Of a stretch of DNA of 64,000 nucleotides, positions 18,451 to 31,698 are shown piece by piece; the stretch's first letter is position 1; each line of letters opens with the position of its first letter. Origin of the DNA: Thermodesulfobacteriota bacterium. GTDB lineage: Bacteria; Desulfobacterota_D; UBA1144; Nemesobacterales; JAJCZQ01. The notes beneath the pieces are model-generated. The model saw nothing but the letters and a program-made list of their open reading frames with translations, was not told where the DNA came from and did not search any database. The stretch is from positions 1,797,561 through 1,861,560 of the forward strand of contig OZ244044.1 of assembly GCA_965215275.1 (NCBI GenBank). The letters are read 5' to 3'. The translations under genes and the position numbers were made by a program.

Positions 18451-19776
18451 TTGAGAATAATAATAGTAGGTGCCGGACAGGTGGGGCTTTTTTTAGCAGG
18501 TGAGCTGTGTAACGATCATGACGTGGTGGTTATCGAGAACGACAAGGAAAGGTCACTGCATATAAAAGACAGCCTTGACGTGCTGTCCATTCACGGCGAG
18601 GGGGACGACCCAAAGGTCCTGGCAGAGGCCGGACTGGAAGAAGCTGACGTATTTCTTGCCGTAAGTGGTGACGACAGGGCCAATATACTGTCTTCACTGC
18701 TTGCTGACTTGATGAATTTAAAAAGCGTGGTTTGCAGAATAAGGAACAAGGACTATGTGGAACATACCAGCCTTCTGAAAAGTAACAGGATACACGTTGT
18801 TAACCCCAGCGAGATAATCTCGTCCAAGTTCGCTGACCTTGTAAGTCATCCTTTTGCATTGAGGACCGAACTGTTTGGAGAGAACAACGAAGTTGAACTG
18901 TTCAAACTCAGGGTGGAAGAAGGTGCGGAAGTTGCAAATAAAATGCTCAGAGACCTTGAACCTGCCAGTTCCTGGATATTTGTGGGCGTGTCACAGAATG
19001 GGAAAATGAAAGTCCCTAAGGGCGACACGGTACTGTATTCTGGAGATTATGTCTTTGCACTTGGCGATCCCGGCGTCATACAAAGATTAAAAAAGCTCTT
19101 TGATCTGGGGGAGGACAGTATAGGTTCTGCAATAATAGTCGGGGGAGGAAGACTTGGAAGAACGGTTGCGGCCACCTTGTTAAAAAATAAAATAAAGGTC
19201 AAGATAATAGAGAGTGATCCCACCAGGGCGGACCTGGTCGCGGAGGACCTCCTTGGAGCTGCGGTGTTCAAAGGCGATGCAACGAACGCTGAGTGCTTAA
19301 AGGAAGCCGGCGTTGAATCAACTGATTATCTGGCCGCTCTGACCGGAGATGACGAAAAGAACGTTTTAAGCGCCCTTCTTGCAAAAAACCTTGGTGTAAA
19401 GCAAACGACCGTGCTCTATACGAAGCCGGATTACATAGGCGTGCTTGAGGCAATTGGCGTTAACAGGGCGGTAAGTGTAAGACATGCGATCGCGAACGAG
19501 GTCCTGAGCCTGCTGCATATCAGAGGAGTGGAACATATTACGCTTCTGGAAGAGGGAAAAGGCGAGGTGCTGGAATTTAAAATCCATGAAGGGTCAGAAG
19601 TTATAGGGAAAAAGTTAAAAAATATTGATCTTCCAGAAGATGCCATAGTAGGTATCTGTATCAGAGAGGGTAAGATACAGATACCCAGAGGAGAGTTCTT
19701 CCTGCGACGCGACGATCGTTTAATTGTCTTCACGCTTCCCAATGCTGTAAAAAAGGTGGAACAGATACTTGGATAG
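18451..19776 (+). CDS. trkA: Trk potassium uptake system NAD-binding protein TrkA
   Basis: 441 aa; two tandem TrkA-N (Rossmann, IIVGAGQVG / IVGGGRLG) plus TrkA-C domains. Confidence 0.85.
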   Translation: MRIIIVGAGQVGLFLAGELCNDHDVVVIENDKERSLHIKDSLDVLSIHGEGDDPKVLAEAGLEEADVFLAVSGDDRANILSSLLADLMNLKSVVCRIRNKDYVEHTSLLKSNRIHVVNPSEIISSKFADLVSHPFALRTELFGENNEVELFKLRVEEGAEVANKMLRDLEPASSWIFVGVSQNGKMKVPKGDTVLYSGDYVFALGDPGVIQRLKKLFDLGEDSIGSAIIVGGGRLGRTVAATLLKNKIKVKIIESDPTRADLVAEDLLGAAVFKGDATNAECLKEAGVESTDYLAALTGDDEKNVLSALLAKNLGVKQTTVLYTKPDYIGVLEAIGVNRAVSVRHAIANEVLSLLHIRGVEHITLLEEGKGEVLEFKIHEGSEVIGKKLKNIDLPEDAIVGICIREGKIQIPRGEFFLRRDDRLIVFTLPNAVKKVEQILG

Positions 19777-19830
19777 TGGACCGAACGGGGTCGTGTTTAA
19801 AAAATTCTAATTTAAAGGATAATGTGACTG

Positions 19831-21108
19831 ATGAGAGTTCTGGTTATAGGTAGTGGCGGCAGGGAGCATGCTTTATGCTGGAAGATCAGACAGAGCCCTC
19901 TGGTCAGGGAACTGTTCTGTGCACCTGGGAACGCGGGGATCAGCAAGGACGCCAGGTGTGTGGACATTCCAGCAACGGAGATTGACGGGCTTTTACAGTT
20001 TGCGAAAAGAAACGACGTTGACCTGACGGTCGTAGGGCCGGAACTGCCTCTGACGCTGGGGCTTGCTGATGTTTTTGAAAAAGAGGGTTTAAAGGTCTTT
20101 GGACCCTCAAAAGCCGCTGCTGAGCTTGAGGGAAGCAAGGTCTTTTCCAAAAGTTTTATGAAGAGACACGGGATCCCGACCGCGGAGTACAGTACTTTTA
20201 CTGATCACGATGAGGCCCGAAAGTTCATCAGAACGGTAAAGCCCCCGTTCGTCGTAAAGGCGGACGGTCTTGCAGCTGGTAAAGGGGTGATCTTATGCGG
20301 CAGTACTGCAGAAGGTGAGAAGGCACTGAACTCGCTAATGCTGGACAGGGTGTTCGGGGAGGCAGGTGCCAGTATTATAATAGAGGAGTTCTTAGAAGGG
20401 CAGGAAGCATCTGTATTCGTGATAACTGACGGAAAGAAGTATCTGATGCTTGAACCTTCCCAGGACCATAAGGCAGTATATAATGATGATAAAGGTCCAA
20501 ATACCGGTGGTATGGGAGCATACTGCCCGGCTCCGATAGTTACAGAGAACTTGCTTGGGACCATAGCATCTGAGATCGTTGAACCGACCCTGCACGGTAT
20601 GGCATCTGAGGCAAGAAGGTACAAAGGGGTCCTTTATATAGGTCTGATGATCGATGGGAACGATATAAAAGTACTTGAGTATAACTGCAGGTTCGGGGAT
20701 CCGGAAGCTCAGCCCGTTCTTTTCAAAATGAGAACTGACATCGTTCCGATCATGGTTGAGGTGGCAGAAGGTAAACTTACCTGTCAGGAGATCGGGTATA
20801 AGGCAGGTGCCGCTGTCTGCGTTGTGATGGCTTCAAAAGGTTATCCTGGAAAATATGAAAAAGGGATACATCTGAGCAAGATAGACCTGTTGAAGGAAAG
20901 TGAATACGTTGCCGTCTTTCACGCGGGAACCAGGCTCGATAATGGCAGTATAGTTACAGATGGGGGCAGGGTACTTGGTGTGACCTGCACAGGTAACACG
21001 GTAGAAGATGCCGTTGCAAGGGTTTATAAAGAGGTCAGCGTTATAGATGACGGGAATTTGCACTACAGGACGGATATAGGAAGTAAGGCGTTCCGGGCCA
21101 GTTCTTAA
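19831..21108 (+). CDS. purD: phosphoribosylamine--glycine ligase (GAR synthetase)
   Basis: 425 aa; N-terminus MRVLVIGSGGREHAL and an ATP-grasp domain. Confidence 0.9.
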   Translation: MRVLVIGSGGREHALCWKIRQSPLVRELFCAPGNAGISKDARCVDIPATEIDGLLQFAKRNDVDLTVVGPELPLTLGLADVFEKEGLKVFGPSKAAAELEGSKVFSKSFMKRHGIPTAEYSTFTDHDEARKFIRTVKPPFVVKADGLAAGKGVILCGSTAEGEKALNSLMLDRVFGEAGASIIIEEFLEGQEASVFVITDGKKYLMLEPSQDHKAVYNDDKGPNTGGMGAYCPAPIVTENLLGTIASEIVEPTLHGMASEARRYKGVLYIGLMIDGNDIKVLEYNCRFGDPEAQPVLFKMRTDIVPIMVEVAEGKLTCQEIGYKAGAAVCVVMASKGYPGKYEKGIHLSKIDLLKESEYVAVFHAGTRLDNGSIVTDGGRVLGVTCTGNTVEDAVARVYKEVSVIDDGNLHYRTDIGSKAFRASS

Positions 21109-21123
21109 GTGAATTTAAATATT

Positions 21124-21172
21124 TGACAAAAATGTTGACATTGTTTGAATTATCGGAATAAAATAGCAGTTT
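21124..21172 (+). promoter_or_regulatory. candidate sigma70-type promoter of the str operon
   Basis: TTGACA at 21137-21142, then 17 bp, then ATAAAAT. RBS AAGGGAGA precedes the rpsL ATG at 21200. Confidence 0.4.
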
Positions 21173-21199
21173 AAATTTTTAAGGGAGACAGAAGTATAA

Positions 21200-22058
<859 letters not shown>

Positions 22059-22108
22059 AAGCACAGCTGACGGACAGCTGGCAGCTTTTGGAGGATTATT
22101 GAAGTTCA

Positions 22109-24199
22109 ATGTCGGAAAAGACCATACCAATAGATAAAGTCAGAAATATCGGGATCGTTGCCCATATTGATGCAGGAAAGACCACGACTACGGAGAGGAT
22201 TCTCTACTACACCGGTCTTACGTACAAGATAGGTGAAGTCCATGAAGGGACTGCGACCATGGACTGGATGGAGCAGGAGAGAGAGCGAGGCATCACCATT
22301 ACCTCGGCAACCACGACCTGCTTCTGGAGAGATCACAGGATAAACATCATTGACACTCCGGGACACGTTGATTTTACAATTGAGGTCGAGAGGTCTTTAA
22401 AGGTCCTGGATGGGGCCGTGGTCGTTTTTGACTGCGTTGGAGGGGTTGAGCCTCAGACCGAAACCGTCTGGAGGCAGGCGGACAGGTACAAAGTGCCAAG
22501 AATGTGTTTTATAAACAAGATGGACCGCGTTGGAGCTAATTTTTACAAAGTCGTGGGTCAGATCAAGGACAGACTGGATGCCAACCCGATCTGCCTGCAG
22601 ATCCCCTGGTTCGAGAACGGTGAATTCAAGGGGATAGTTGACCTTATTAAGATGAAAATGGCCATATGGGACAGTGAATCTCTGGGAGCTAAATATAAAT
22701 TTATCGATATTCCAGGTGATATTAAGGACCAGGCAGATGTTTACAGAGAGAAAATGGTCGAAGGTCTTGCTGATTACTGTGAAGAAATAATGGAGTTATA
22801 CCTGGGTGGTGAAGAGGTCCCTGAAGAAAAGATCGTGAGCGCTGTAAGGAGGAACACGACAGATCTGAAGATAATTCCCGTGCTGTGCGGTTCGGCTTTT
22901 AAGAACAAAGGCGTTCAGCTGCTCCTGGATGCCATTATCGAACTTATGCCCGCACCATCGGACCTTCCTCCCGTTAAGGGATTGATACCAGGCTCCGATA
23001 AGGAGGACGTAAGGCTGCCTTCCGAGGATGAACCGTTTTCCGCCCTAGTCTTTAAGATAATGACCGACCCGTTCGTTGGACAGCTGACGTATTTAAGGAT
23101 CTATTCCGGCAAGCTTGTTTCAGGTACTACCGTTTATAACACGTCAAGGCAGAAAAAAGAAAAGATCGGAAGACTTTTGAGGATGCATGCAGACAAGAGA
23201 GAAGATATAAAGGAGAACGTTGCCGGGGGGATCGTAGCGGCGGTCGGTTTGAAAAATACGATTACCGGAGATACGTTATGTGAAGAGTCCAGGCCCATAG
23301 TCCTTGAAAGCCTTCATATTGCAGACCCTGTAATATCTATTGCAATAGAGCCAAGGTCCAAAGCCGATCAGGAAAAACTGGGACTGGCCTTGAACAAGCT
23401 GGCACTGGAAGACCCGTCGTTCAGGATCAAGTTTGACGAGGAGACCAGTCAGACACTGATCTCGGGAATGGGAGAGTTACACCTGGAAATTATCGTGGAC
23501 AGACTGGACAGGGACTTTAACGTTAATGCCAGCGTAGGCAAACCGCAGGTAGCTTACAGAGAATCCATTACGCAGGATGCGGACGTTGAAAATAAATTTA
23601 TAAGACAGACGGGTGGCAGAGGTCAGTATGGCCACGTTAAGATCAGGGTTGAGCCGCTGGAAAGGGGAGCGGGATTTAAATTTATAGATGAAATTAAAGG
23701 TGGAGTGATCCCGAAGGAGTATATCCCTGCCGTTGAGAAAGGTATCCTGGAAGTAATGAGGACCGGCGTCGTGTCTGGATATCCCGTCGTGGACGTGTCC
23801 GTGACTTTATATGATGGTTCTTTTCATGAAGTGGATTCGTCGGAGATAGCGTTTAAAGTCGCTGCTTCTCAGGCGTTCAAAGACGCGATCTTAAGATCAA
23901 ATCCAGTTATACTGGAACCGGTGATGAACCTTGAGGTAGTAGTGCCGGAGGATTTTATGGGAACGGTAATAGGCAACCTGAACTCTCGCAGGGGGCGTAT
24001 AAACAACACTGAAGCCCGAGGCAACATGCAGGTGATCGAGGGACGGTCGCCGCTGGGTGAGATGTTCGGATATGCCACAAATCTGAGATCAATGACCGAG
24101 GGACGTGGAACTTTTACAATGGAGTTTTCACATTATGAACCGCTGCCGGAAAGCATTTCTGAAAAGCTAAGGGTGGATGCCCAGGCCGCTACGTCTTGA
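22109..24199 (+). CDS. fusA: elongation factor G
   Basis: 696 aa; [26 protein letters not shown] and the domain IV/V regions are all present. Confidence 0.95.
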   Translation: MSEKTIPIDKVRNIGIVAHIDAGKTTTTERILYYTGLTYKIGEVHEGTATMDWMEQERERGITITSATTTCFWRDHRINIIDTPGHVDFTIEVERSLKVLDGAVVVFDCVGGVEPQTETVWRQADRYKVPRMCFINKMDRVGANFYKVVGQIKDRLDANPICLQIPWFENGEFKGIVDLIKMKMAIWDSESLGAKYKFIDIPGDIKDQADVYREKMVEGLADYCEEIMELYLGGEEVPEEKIVSAVRRNTTDLKIIPVLCGSAFKNKGVQLLLDAIIELMPAPSDLPPVKGLIPGSDKEDVRLPSEDEPFSALVFKIMTDPFVGQLTYLRIYSGKLVSGTTVYNTSRQKKEKIGRLLRMHADKREDIKENVAGGIVAAVGLKNTITGDTLCEESRPIVLESLHIADPVISIAIEPRSKADQEKLGLALNKLALEDPSFRIKFDEETSQTLISGMGELHLEIIVDRLDRDFNVNASVGKPQVAYRESITQDADVENKFIRQTGGRGQYGHVKIRVEPLERGAGFKFIDEIKGGVIPKEYIPAVEKGILEVMRTGVVSGYPVVDVSVTLYDGSFHEVDSSEIAFKVAASQAFKDAILRSNPVILEPVMNLEVVVPEDFMGTVIGNLNSRRGRINNTEARGNMQVIEGRSPLGEMFGYATNLRSMTEGRGTFTMEFSHYEPLPESISEKLRVDAQAATS

Positions 24200-24314
24200 C
24201 AGATGCCTTACGGAGCATTTTCAGTTTCGCCTTAAATGCCTGTACGATATATACCATAATCGGATTTACGGAAAAGGCGCGCTGACGGAGTAAAAGATAA
24301 ACGTCTGACCGGTT

Positions 24315-24692
24315 TTATCCCTCCAGCAGTACCACTGCGACCGAGTAGTTTTTTTCATGGGAGATAGAGGTGTGTATTTTGCTGACACCTTTCCGTCTGG
24401 CAAAGGATCTGGTCGTACCAAGAAGTTCAGTCCAGGGCTTTCCTGATTCGTTATGCCTGACCTGTATACCATGAAAGTTTATACCACTTCTGAATCCCGT
24501 GCCCAGGGCCTTAACAAGGGCTTCTTTAACCGCGTAGTTTGCAGCGTATCTCTGTACGTTCTGACCTCGCTTACTGATGAAATCGATCTCCATGCCGGTA
24601 AAGACTTTAGCGAGGAACCTTTCTCCCCATTTATTTATTATTTTTCTTATTCTGTCGTTCTGTACTATATCTATGCCCATTCCTAATATCAC
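24315..24692 (-). CDS. acpS: holo-[acyl-carrier-protein] synthase
   Basis: 125 aa; MILGMGIDIV...AAKEAxxKALG pattern. Confidence 0.85.
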   Translation of the reverse strand: MILGMGIDIVQNDRIRKIINKWGERFLAKVFTGMEIDFISKRGQNVQRYAANYAVKEALVKALGTGFRSGINFHGIQVRHNESGKPWTELLGTTRSFARRKGVSKIHTSISHEKNYSVAVVLLEG

Positions 24693-24708
24693 TGTCCTTA
24701 CTCCTCCT

Positions 24709-25425
24709 TTACCGGTCTATAAGTCTGATCATATCTCTGACCGCTGTTTCCATGCCCACGAGCACGGATCTTGATATGATGCTGTGTCCTATGTTAAGTT
24801 CTTCTATACCGGCTATCCGGGCAATTTGTCTTACATTGTGGTAGTTCAGCCCATGTCCGGCGGAGACTCTCAGGCCAAGTGTCAGAGCGTGCTCTGCGGC
24901 ACGTTCGACCTTCGTCAGTTCTCTGTTCCGTGATCTCTCGTTCTTTGCGTTTGCGTACAGTCCCGTGTGGATCTCAACCATATCTGAGCCTGCCTCCTGC
25001 GACATATCTATCTGCTTCCTGTCGGGGTCAACGAACAGGCTTACGGATATATTATATTTTTTTAATCTGGTAACGACTGCTTTGACGTCTGTGAAATTCG
25101 TAGCGACGTCCAGTCCGCCTTCGGTGGTCAGTTCCTTTCTTTTTTCAGGAACGATAGTTGCCATATCAGGACCGGTCTTTGTGGCGATCTTGACCATCTC
25201 ACTGGTGGCTGCCATTTCCAGGTTGAGTTTGGTCTGAACGCATTTTCTCAGTATTTCTAGGTCCCGTTCCTGCACGTGTCGTCTGTCTTCTCGCAGGTGC
25301 ACCACTATACCGCCTGCTCCTGACAGCTCTGATATCAAGGCGGCGGACACCGGGTCGGGCTCCGTTCCGCCCCTTGACTGTCTTAACGTGGCAACGTGGT
25401 CAACGTTTACGTTTAATCTTGGCAT
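24709..25425 (-). CDS. pdxJ: pyridoxine 5'-phosphate synthase
   Basis: 238 aa; N-terminus [17 protein letters not shown] is diagnostic. Confidence 0.9.
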   Translation of the reverse strand: MPRLNVNVDHVATLRQSRGGTEPDPVSAALISELSGAGGIVVHLREDRRHVQERDLEILRKCVQTKLNLEMAATSEMVKIATKTGPDMATIVPEKRKELTTEGGLDVATNFTDVKAVVTRLKKYNISVSLFVDPDRKQIDMSQEAGSDMVEIHTGLYANAKNERSRNRELTKVERAAEHALTLGLRVSAGHGLNYHNVRQIARIAGIEELNIGHSIISRSVLVGMETAVRDMIRLIDR

Positions 25426-26801
25426 TCTTTTAACCCTATTTCCTTTTCAATATGATCATAAATATCGCGGACAATGCCGTTTATATCAGACAGGTCTTCA
25501 CCTTCAGCCATTATCCTTACAACTGGTTCGGTACCTGAATATCTGATATTGATCCTTCCCCTGTCCCCAAGTCTGCCTTTATAATGCTCGACCATTTTTT
25601 CCAGTCCGGGAACCTGATCAAGCGGAGGCTTTGCGGATATTTTTACGTTCTTTATGACCTGAGGGAACATCCTGATCCTTTCCGCAAAGCAGGATAATGG
25701 TTTTTGCAGTCTTTTCATAATTGCCAGAACCTGAAGTGACGCCAGAATTCCATCACCGGTCGTGGTATGATCAAGAAATATAATGTGTCCTGACTGTTCT
25801 CCTCCGAGGTTTATCCCTTTTTCTCTCATGAGTTCTGCCACGTATCTGTCTCCCACGTCAGTACGGTGAAGCCTGATCCCCTTCTGCCTCAGAAAAAGCT
25901 CAAGGCCCATGTTGCTCATTAAAGTTGCAACTATCTCGTTCTTCTTCAGTTTTTTTCCGTTTATCATTTCTTCAGTACAGATCGCAAGAATAATGTCCCC
26001 ATTGGCAACCGTTCCTTTTTCGTCGCATATTATAACCCTGTCGGCGTCTCCGTCCAGGGCGATCCCGATATCTGCTTTGTTCTTCAGAACCGTTTCTGTC
26101 AGCAGCTGCGGATTAAGGCTGCCGCAGTTGGTGTTGATGTTCTTCCCGTCAGGTCTGACCCCCAGAGCTGTCACTTCTGCTCCTAATTCGCTGTATACTG
26201 CCGGAGCTGCCTTGTAAGCCGCTCCATTGGCACAGTCCAGTACGATCTTCGTTCTTTTCAGATCGAGCTCTTCAGGAAAGGTACTTTTGACGAAAGAAGT
26301 GTATCTTCCGACGGGATTTTTTATTACTGCCTTTCCGATATTGTTATCTGAACCTGTCAGTTTTTCTTCAGGGTCGGACATCAACCTTTCGATTTCCAGT
26401 TCTTTCTCGTCTGCGAGTTTAAAGCCGTGTCTGTCAAATATCTTTATTCCGTTGTCCGTGTAGGGATTGTGCGAGGCTGATATTACCAGTCCGGCATCTG
26501 CCTTAATGTCCCTGGTTAAAAAGGCGATCGCGGGAGTTGGTAAAGGTCCTGCCAGATAAACGTTAACTCCCATTGACAGCAGACCGGACGATACTGCATG
26601 TTCAAAGATATCACAGGATTCCCTTGTATCCTTGCCAATGATCACCTTAGGAACGGATGACCTGCGGGAGCTTGTAATAATACATGCAAGTGCTTTTCCC
26701 AGAATGAGTGCTACCTCTGGGGTCATAGGGTATTTATTTGCAACGCCTCGTATGCCGTCAGTACCGAACAGGTTTTTTGAACCGGACAATTTATATTCCA
26801 A
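25413..26801 (-). CDS. glmM: phosphoglucosamine mutase
   Basis: 462 aa; FGTDGIRG and [13 protein letters not shown] active-site serine loop. Confidence 0.9.
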   Translation of the reverse strand: MEYKLSGSKNLFGTDGIRGVANKYPMTPEVALILGKALACIITSSRRSSVPKVIIGKDTRESCDIFEHAVSSGLLSMGVNVYLAGPLPTPAIAFLTRDIKADAGLVISASHNPYTDNGIKIFDRHGFKLADEKELEIERLMSDPEEKLTGSDNNIGKAVIKNPVGRYTSFVKSTFPEELDLKRTKIVLDCANGAAYKAAPAVYSELGAEVTALGVRPDGKNINTNCGSLNPQLLTETVLKNKADIGIALDGDADRVIICDEKGTVANGDIILAICTEEMINGKKLKKNEIVATLMSNMGLELFLRQKGIRLHRTDVGDRYVAELMREKGINLGGEQSGHIIFLDHTTTGDGILASLQVLAIMKRLQKPLSCFAERIRMFPQVIKNVKISAKPPLDQVPGLEKMVEHYKGRLGDRGRINIRYSGTEPVVRIMAEGEDLSDINGIVRDIYDHIEKEIGLKECQD

Positions 26802-26802
26802 C

Positions 26803-27771
26803 TCAGTTGATGTTTATTTCAACTGTTTCAGGTGAGATACTGCTTAAATGTAAACTATCGGAGTTTGGATAGTCAACTTTTACGGGCAGTTCATATTTGC
26901 CGGGCTCGGTGTTTTTCAGGTCGTCAGCGTCAACGTAAACGGATATATCATCGCTGTTAAGCTTGTTAACGTGGCTGTATGGTCCGTCAAATGCGAGAGT
27001 TATTACGGTCGGGCCTGAAGCTGTATACCTGATCTCTTCAAAGTTATTAAAAGAGATGTTCAGGTTGTTGAACTCTTTTATAAGGTTTTCTTCCTTGATG
27101 TTCACGTTTATTTTCACAAGGCTTGTACCCTCTAAACTGAACAGTTCGTTCGGGGACTCCAAAGGGAGTTCAATGGAGAAACTTGATCTTTCTCCCTCCA
27201 GGCTTATAAAGCGCGTGTCGATAGTTGTATATTTCCTTATAAGTTTCCTAGGTCCTTTTACCTTTACTTTAGCAGGTGAGACCTTCGGACTGCCTTCGAT
27301 CAGGAACCCCCTGTTGGGTTTGCCAAGTACTGGGTTGATCTTCATCGTTTTGGTTACGAGCCTGTCGATCTCTATTGAGATCTCAGAAGGGCTTGTGCTT
27401 ATGGCCTTGACTTTTTTCGGAAGATTTATATTAGCGGTCTGAACCTGAACGTTTGACACGCCTGTGCTGAAACTGGACAGGTCGTAAGATATTGGCGGGA
27501 TCGGATTGTTGAAGGAAAAGATATCATACCTTGGACCTCTGACGGTAAGGTTAACCCTGTCGGGCGGGTTATTTACTATGATCAGATTTACCGGCAGGTT
27601 CGTGTACCTCACGGGAACGGAGAAATTCTTTTCTATATCGAATTCCAGGTTCGTTGCAAACCAGAGCAGCGTGGCTATTGTGAACGCAATTATTATCTTA
27701 CCGTAATTATTAAAAAGTGGATTTACGATATTCAGTCCTTTAAGACGGCTGTGATCGGATTTCAGATGCAT
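26803..27771 (-). CDS. cdaR: YbbR-domain protein (CdaR, regulator of diadenylate cyclase)
   Basis: 322 aa; N-terminal TM segment plus repeated YbbR-like beta domains; sits between cdaA and glmM. Confidence 0.7.
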   Translation of the reverse strand: MHLKSDHSRLKGLNIVNPLFNNYGKIIIAFTIATLLWFATNLEFDIEKNFSVPVRYTNLPVNLIIVNNPPDRVNLTVRGPRYDIFSFNNPIPPISYDLSSFSTGVSNVQVQTANINLPKKVKAISTSPSEISIEIDRLVTKTMKINPVLGKPNRGFLIEGSPKVSPAKVKVKGPRKLIRKYTTIDTRFISLEGERSSFSIELPLESPNELFSLEGTSLVKINVNIKEENLIKEFNNLNISFNNFEEIRYTASGPTVITLAFDGPYSHVNKLNSDDISVYVDADDLKNTEPGKYELPVKVDYPNSDSLHLSSISPETVEININ

Positions 27772-27778
27772 TGCTGTT

Positions 27779-28582
27779 CTAATTTGTTGATTCTGACAAA
27801 GACTGTTTCTCTTTACGTTCTGATGGCTTTATATTAAGCAGGCTTGCCAGGTTATTATAAAGTGCTGATGGTTCAAGTTTCTGCTTTATCTCTCCCTGTA
27901 CTGCAAGAGATACGTTCCCCGTTTCTTCTGATACGACGATCACGACGGCGTCAGTTTCAGAAGTTAATCCGACCGATGCTCTGTGGCGCGTTCCAAAGCT
28001 CTTCTCCAGGGCCGGATCGGTATCTAACGGGAAAAAGGACCCGGCGGAGGCGATCTTATTGTTGGAAATAACGATCCCTCCATCATGTAACGGGGATACA
28101 GGATTGAATATGCTTATTATCAGTCCCATCGAGATGTCGGCTTCAAGGCTCGTGCCGAGTTCTATATAGTCCGCCAGGCTGGTATTTCTTTCGATCGCTA
28201 TGATCGCCCCGATCTTTTTGTCTGCCATGTAAGTGGAAGCTTTTACCAGTTCATCAACGGTTCTTTCTTCTGACAGTACTTTGCTGAACCTGAGTAAGAA
28301 CGGCTTCTTTCCTATATTGGTCAGGGCCTTTCTTATATCGTTTTGAAAAAGTATCACTATAATAAGGATAATAGAACCGAAGAAATGGTTCAGTATCCAG
28401 TGCAGTGTAAAAAGTCCCGTACTTTTGGACAGGAAAAACAAAACGATCAAAGCCATCAGTCCAGACAGCATCTGAGCTGCTTTTGTTCCCTCTATGATCT
28501 TCAGGATATAGTAGATCACCAGGGCAACGAGCAGTATGTCCAGAGGGTCCAGTATGTATCTGAAGTTCGATGCAAGTTCCAA
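27779..28582 (-). CDS. cdaA: diadenylate cyclase CdaA (DAC domain)
   Basis: 267 aa; three N-terminal TM helices, then DGA and RHRAS motifs (GAIIAIERN, HDGGIVI, GTRHRASVG). Confidence 0.85.
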   Translation of the reverse strand: MELASNFRYILDPLDILLVALVIYYILKIIEGTKAAQMLSGLMALIVLFFLSKSTGLFTLHWILNHFFGSIILIIVILFQNDIRKALTNIGKKPFLLRFSKVLSEERTVDELVKASTYMADKKIGAIIAIERNTSLADYIELGTSLEADISMGLIISIFNPVSPLHDGGIVISNNKIASAGSFFPLDTDPALEKSFGTRHRASVGLTSETDAVVIVVSEETGNVSLAVQGEIKQKLEPSALYNNLASLLNIKPSERKEKQSLSESTN

Positions 28583-28597
28583 TTTTTAATTCCTTTG

Positions 28598-29434
28598 TTA
28601 ATTCCTGTTGTAGATCGCGTTGGTCATCATAGCGATTAATTTCATATGACGGACGTCATGAACCCTTATGATCGAAGCTCCGTTTATGATCGAGATTACC
28701 ACGCTTGCCGCGGTTCCTTCTAACCTGTCCTGAGGGGGCAGGTCTCCCAGCAGCTTACCAATGAACGATTTTCTTGAAGTTCCTGTCATTACCGGCCTTC
28801 CCAGCTCAGAAAAGCGGGAGAGGTTTCTGATTATCTCAATATTCTGTTCAACCGTTTTTCCAAATCCAATACCTGGATCAACTACAATACTTTCAAATTC
28901 AACTCCAAGGGACAGTGCCTTCTGTATCGAGGAATCAAGGGATGAGATAATGTCTTCGATCAGAGAAGCGTAGCTTACTCTCTGCTGCATATATGCGGGG
29001 CGGCCAGACGTGTGCATCAGAACTATCCCGGCTTTGTGCCGAGCCACCTCTTCCGCTGATCTTTCATCAAAATTAAGTCCGCTTATATCGTTTATTATAG
29101 AGACCCCTAATTTGAGCGCCTCTCGGGCAACTGCAGATTTTGTTGTATCAACTGAAAATATACAGTTAAATCTTTCACTGGCCTTTTCAAGGACCGGCAT
29201 TATTCTGTCCAGTTCTTCCTGTTCCGTAACGTGACGTGAACCGGGACGCGTTGATTCAGCGCCAATGTCGATTATGTCCGCGCCTTCTGAAAGCATTTTA
29301 TCTATCCTGAATAAACAGTCATCTACCGTTTTGTAAAGACCGCCGTCATAGAACGAGTCAGGGGTCACGTTCAGAATACCCATTACGAAAGTCCTCTGAC
29401 CCAGGTTTATGGTCTTATTCCTTAATTTCAGCAA
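28598..29434 (-). CDS. folP: dihydropteroate synthase
   Basis: 278 aa; VMGILNVTPDSFYDGG pterin-binding motif. Confidence 0.9.
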   Translation of the reverse strand: MLKLRNKTINLGQRTFVMGILNVTPDSFYDGGLYKTVDDCLFRIDKMLSEGADIIDIGAESTRPGSRHVTEQEELDRIMPVLEKASERFNCIFSVDTTKSAVAREALKLGVSIINDISGLNFDERSAEEVARHKAGIVLMHTSGRPAYMQQRVSYASLIEDIISSLDSSIQKALSLGVEFESIVVDPGIGFGKTVEQNIEIIRNLSRFSELGRPVMTGTSRKSFIGKLLGDLPPQDRLEGTAASVVISIINGASIIRVHDVRHMKLIAMMTNAIYNRN

Positions 29435-29570
29435 GTCAGAATTTCTTTTTTCAATTTGCCTGTTAATAGTGGCTCAACCTGCAACTAAGCTGTCAAATGC
29501 CATATATCAATTATATGACATATATCAGCAAAATAAAAATAAGCTGTAAGCGTGCGGAACTGATCTGATC

Positions 29571-31397
29571 TTAAGTGGCGGCAAGATCCGGGTTATATTT
29601 CAGCACCAGACCGTTCAGTTCCTTGCTGTCGACCACTTCTTTTTCTAACAGAACGTTGGCAAGTGCATGCAGGATCTCCAGATTATCTTCCAGCAGTTTT
29701 TTGGATCTTTTCCAGCACCCGTTCACGATATTTTTAATTTCTCTGTCAATAAGCACGGCGGTTTCATCGCTGTACTCGGTGTGTCTGGACATCTCCTTGC
29801 CAAGGAATACCTGCTCGTCAGCCTTGCCAAAGGTCACGGGTCCCAGTGCTTCGCTCATTCCCCATTCGCATACCATCTTTCTTGCGATCTCCGTTACCCT
29901 TTCAAGGTCGTTACCAGCTCCGCTCGTTCTTTCATTGAACACTATTTCCTCTGCAGCTCGTCCGCCCAGAAGTACCATGATAGTGCTGTGAAGATACGTT
30001 CTGGAGTGGGTGTATTTATCTTCTATCGGCAGCTGCTGGGTAACTCCAAGAGCCATGCCCCTTGGAATGATGGTAACCTTGTGTATCGGGTCTGCTTCCG
30101 GCGTGAATTTAGCCACAAGTGCGTGTCCGGCCTCATGATACGCGGTAATACGCTTTTCCTTTTCGCTTATCATCATGCTTTTTCGTTCAACGCCCATCAT
30201 CACTTTGTCCTTTGCGTATTCAAAGTCGTCCATTGCTATCTTGTCCCTGCCACGTTTTGCCGCGTGAAGTGCTGATTCATTTACCAGGTTCTGAAGGTCG
30301 GCCCCTGAAAATCCGGGAGTGGACCTTGCAATAAGTGAAAGATCAACGTCGCTGTTAATGGGCGTGTTTTTGGAATGGACCTTTAATATCTCTTCTCTTC
30401 CTCTGACGTCCGGTCTGGGAACCACGACCTGCCTGTCAAATCTTCCAGGTCTTAATAATGCCGGGTCCAGAACGTCTGGTCTGTTCGTGGCCGCCATTAC
30501 TATTACTCCTTCATTACCTTCAAATCCGTCCATTTCCACGAGCATCTGATTCAGGGTCTGTTCCCTCTCGTCGTGTCCTCCACCAAGACCAGCCCCCCTG
30601 TGCCTTCCAACGGCGTCAAGTTCGTCAACGAATATTATGCAGGGAGAGTTTCGCTTGGCCTGTACGAACAGTTCTCTCACCCGGGAGGCTCCCACGCCCA
30701 CGAACATCTCTACAAAATCACTTCCGCTTATTATAAAGAAAGGAACCCCTGCTTCGCCGGCGATAGCTTTGGCAATAAGGGTTTTACCCGTGCCGGGAGG
30801 TCCAACGAGCAGAACTCCCTTAGGGATCTTTCCACCCAGTTTAGTGAATTTCTTCGGGTCCTTGAGGAACTCCACTATCTCGCTGACTTCCTCTTTTGCT
30901 TCGTCAACGCCTGCAACGTCCTTGAACGTGACCTTGTTCTGACCTTCGGTCAGCATTCTGGATTTATTTTTACCAAACGACATCGCCTTGGTCCCGCCTG
31001 TCTGGATCTGTCTCATGAACAGCACCATCAGTAAAATAAGTATGATCAACGGAGCCCAGTTAAACAGTATCTGCGTCAGCGACCCTTCTTTCTTTTTGGA
31101 AAAACTGAAGTTTATATTTTTATCCGTAAGGCGGTTGATCAGCTTTTCAGTTGATGGTCCAACGGTTTTGAACCTTGTGACGTTCTCTCCTGCTTCCGTG
31201 TACCTGAGGTTCCCCTTTATGCTGTTTTCGCTGAACACGATATCACTGACGTCGCTTTGTTCCACCAGAGTTAAAAATCTGCTGTAGCTTATATCTTTAT
31301 GTATTGTCCTTGGTGTGTTTACGAGCTGGTACAGCGCAATGATTACAACGAAGATCAAAACCCAGATAGCTAAATTTTTTAATATTGGACTGTTCAT
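29571..31397 (-). CDS. ftsH: ATP-dependent zinc metalloprotease FtsH
   Basis: 608 aa; TM segments, AAA module ([15 protein letters not shown]) and the HEAGH zinc site. Confidence 0.93.
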   Translation of the reverse strand: MNSPILKNLAIWVLIFVVIIALYQLVNTPRTIHKDISYSRFLTLVEQSDVSDIVFSENSIKGNLRYTEAGENVTRFKTVGPSTEKLINRLTDKNINFSFSKKKEGSLTQILFNWAPLIILILLMVLFMRQIQTGGTKAMSFGKNKSRMLTEGQNKVTFKDVAGVDEAKEEVSEIVEFLKDPKKFTKLGGKIPKGVLLVGPPGTGKTLIAKAIAGEAGVPFFIISGSDFVEMFVGVGASRVRELFVQAKRNSPCIIFVDELDAVGRHRGAGLGGGHDEREQTLNQMLVEMDGFEGNEGVIVMAATNRPDVLDPALLRPGRFDRQVVVPRPDVRGREEILKVHSKNTPINSDVDLSLIARSTPGFSGADLQNLVNESALHAAKRGRDKIAMDDFEYAKDKVMMGVERKSMMISEKEKRITAYHEAGHALVAKFTPEADPIHKVTIIPRGMALGVTQQLPIEDKYTHSRTYLHSTIMVLLGGRAAEEIVFNERTSGAGNDLERVTEIARKMVCEWGMSEALGPVTFGKADEQVFLGKEMSRHTEYSDETAVLIDREIKNIVNGCWKRSKKLLEDNLEILHALANVLLEKEVVDSKELNGLVLKYNPDLAAT

Positions 31398-31698
31398 CTG
31401 CTTATCCTGTTACATGTCTTTATGAAAAATAAGATAATCACTTATTATAAACGTTCAATAATAAAAGTTATCACACTATCTGTTTTCTTTCAATGTTCGA
31501 AATGCTGAAGGGTCCGGCATGACCATGGAACGGAGACCGTTATATACGTATCCAGCACAGGTTTTCCTTCAGGAGAAGATCCTTTTTACCGTCTTCATGG
31601 CAAGGCCACAGATACCATTGTTGCGGCCGTTCACTTCAGTTCGAACGCTTTATCATTTATCTGTTTTACGTTCGTCAGTACCCACGTGCGGGAGGGTT

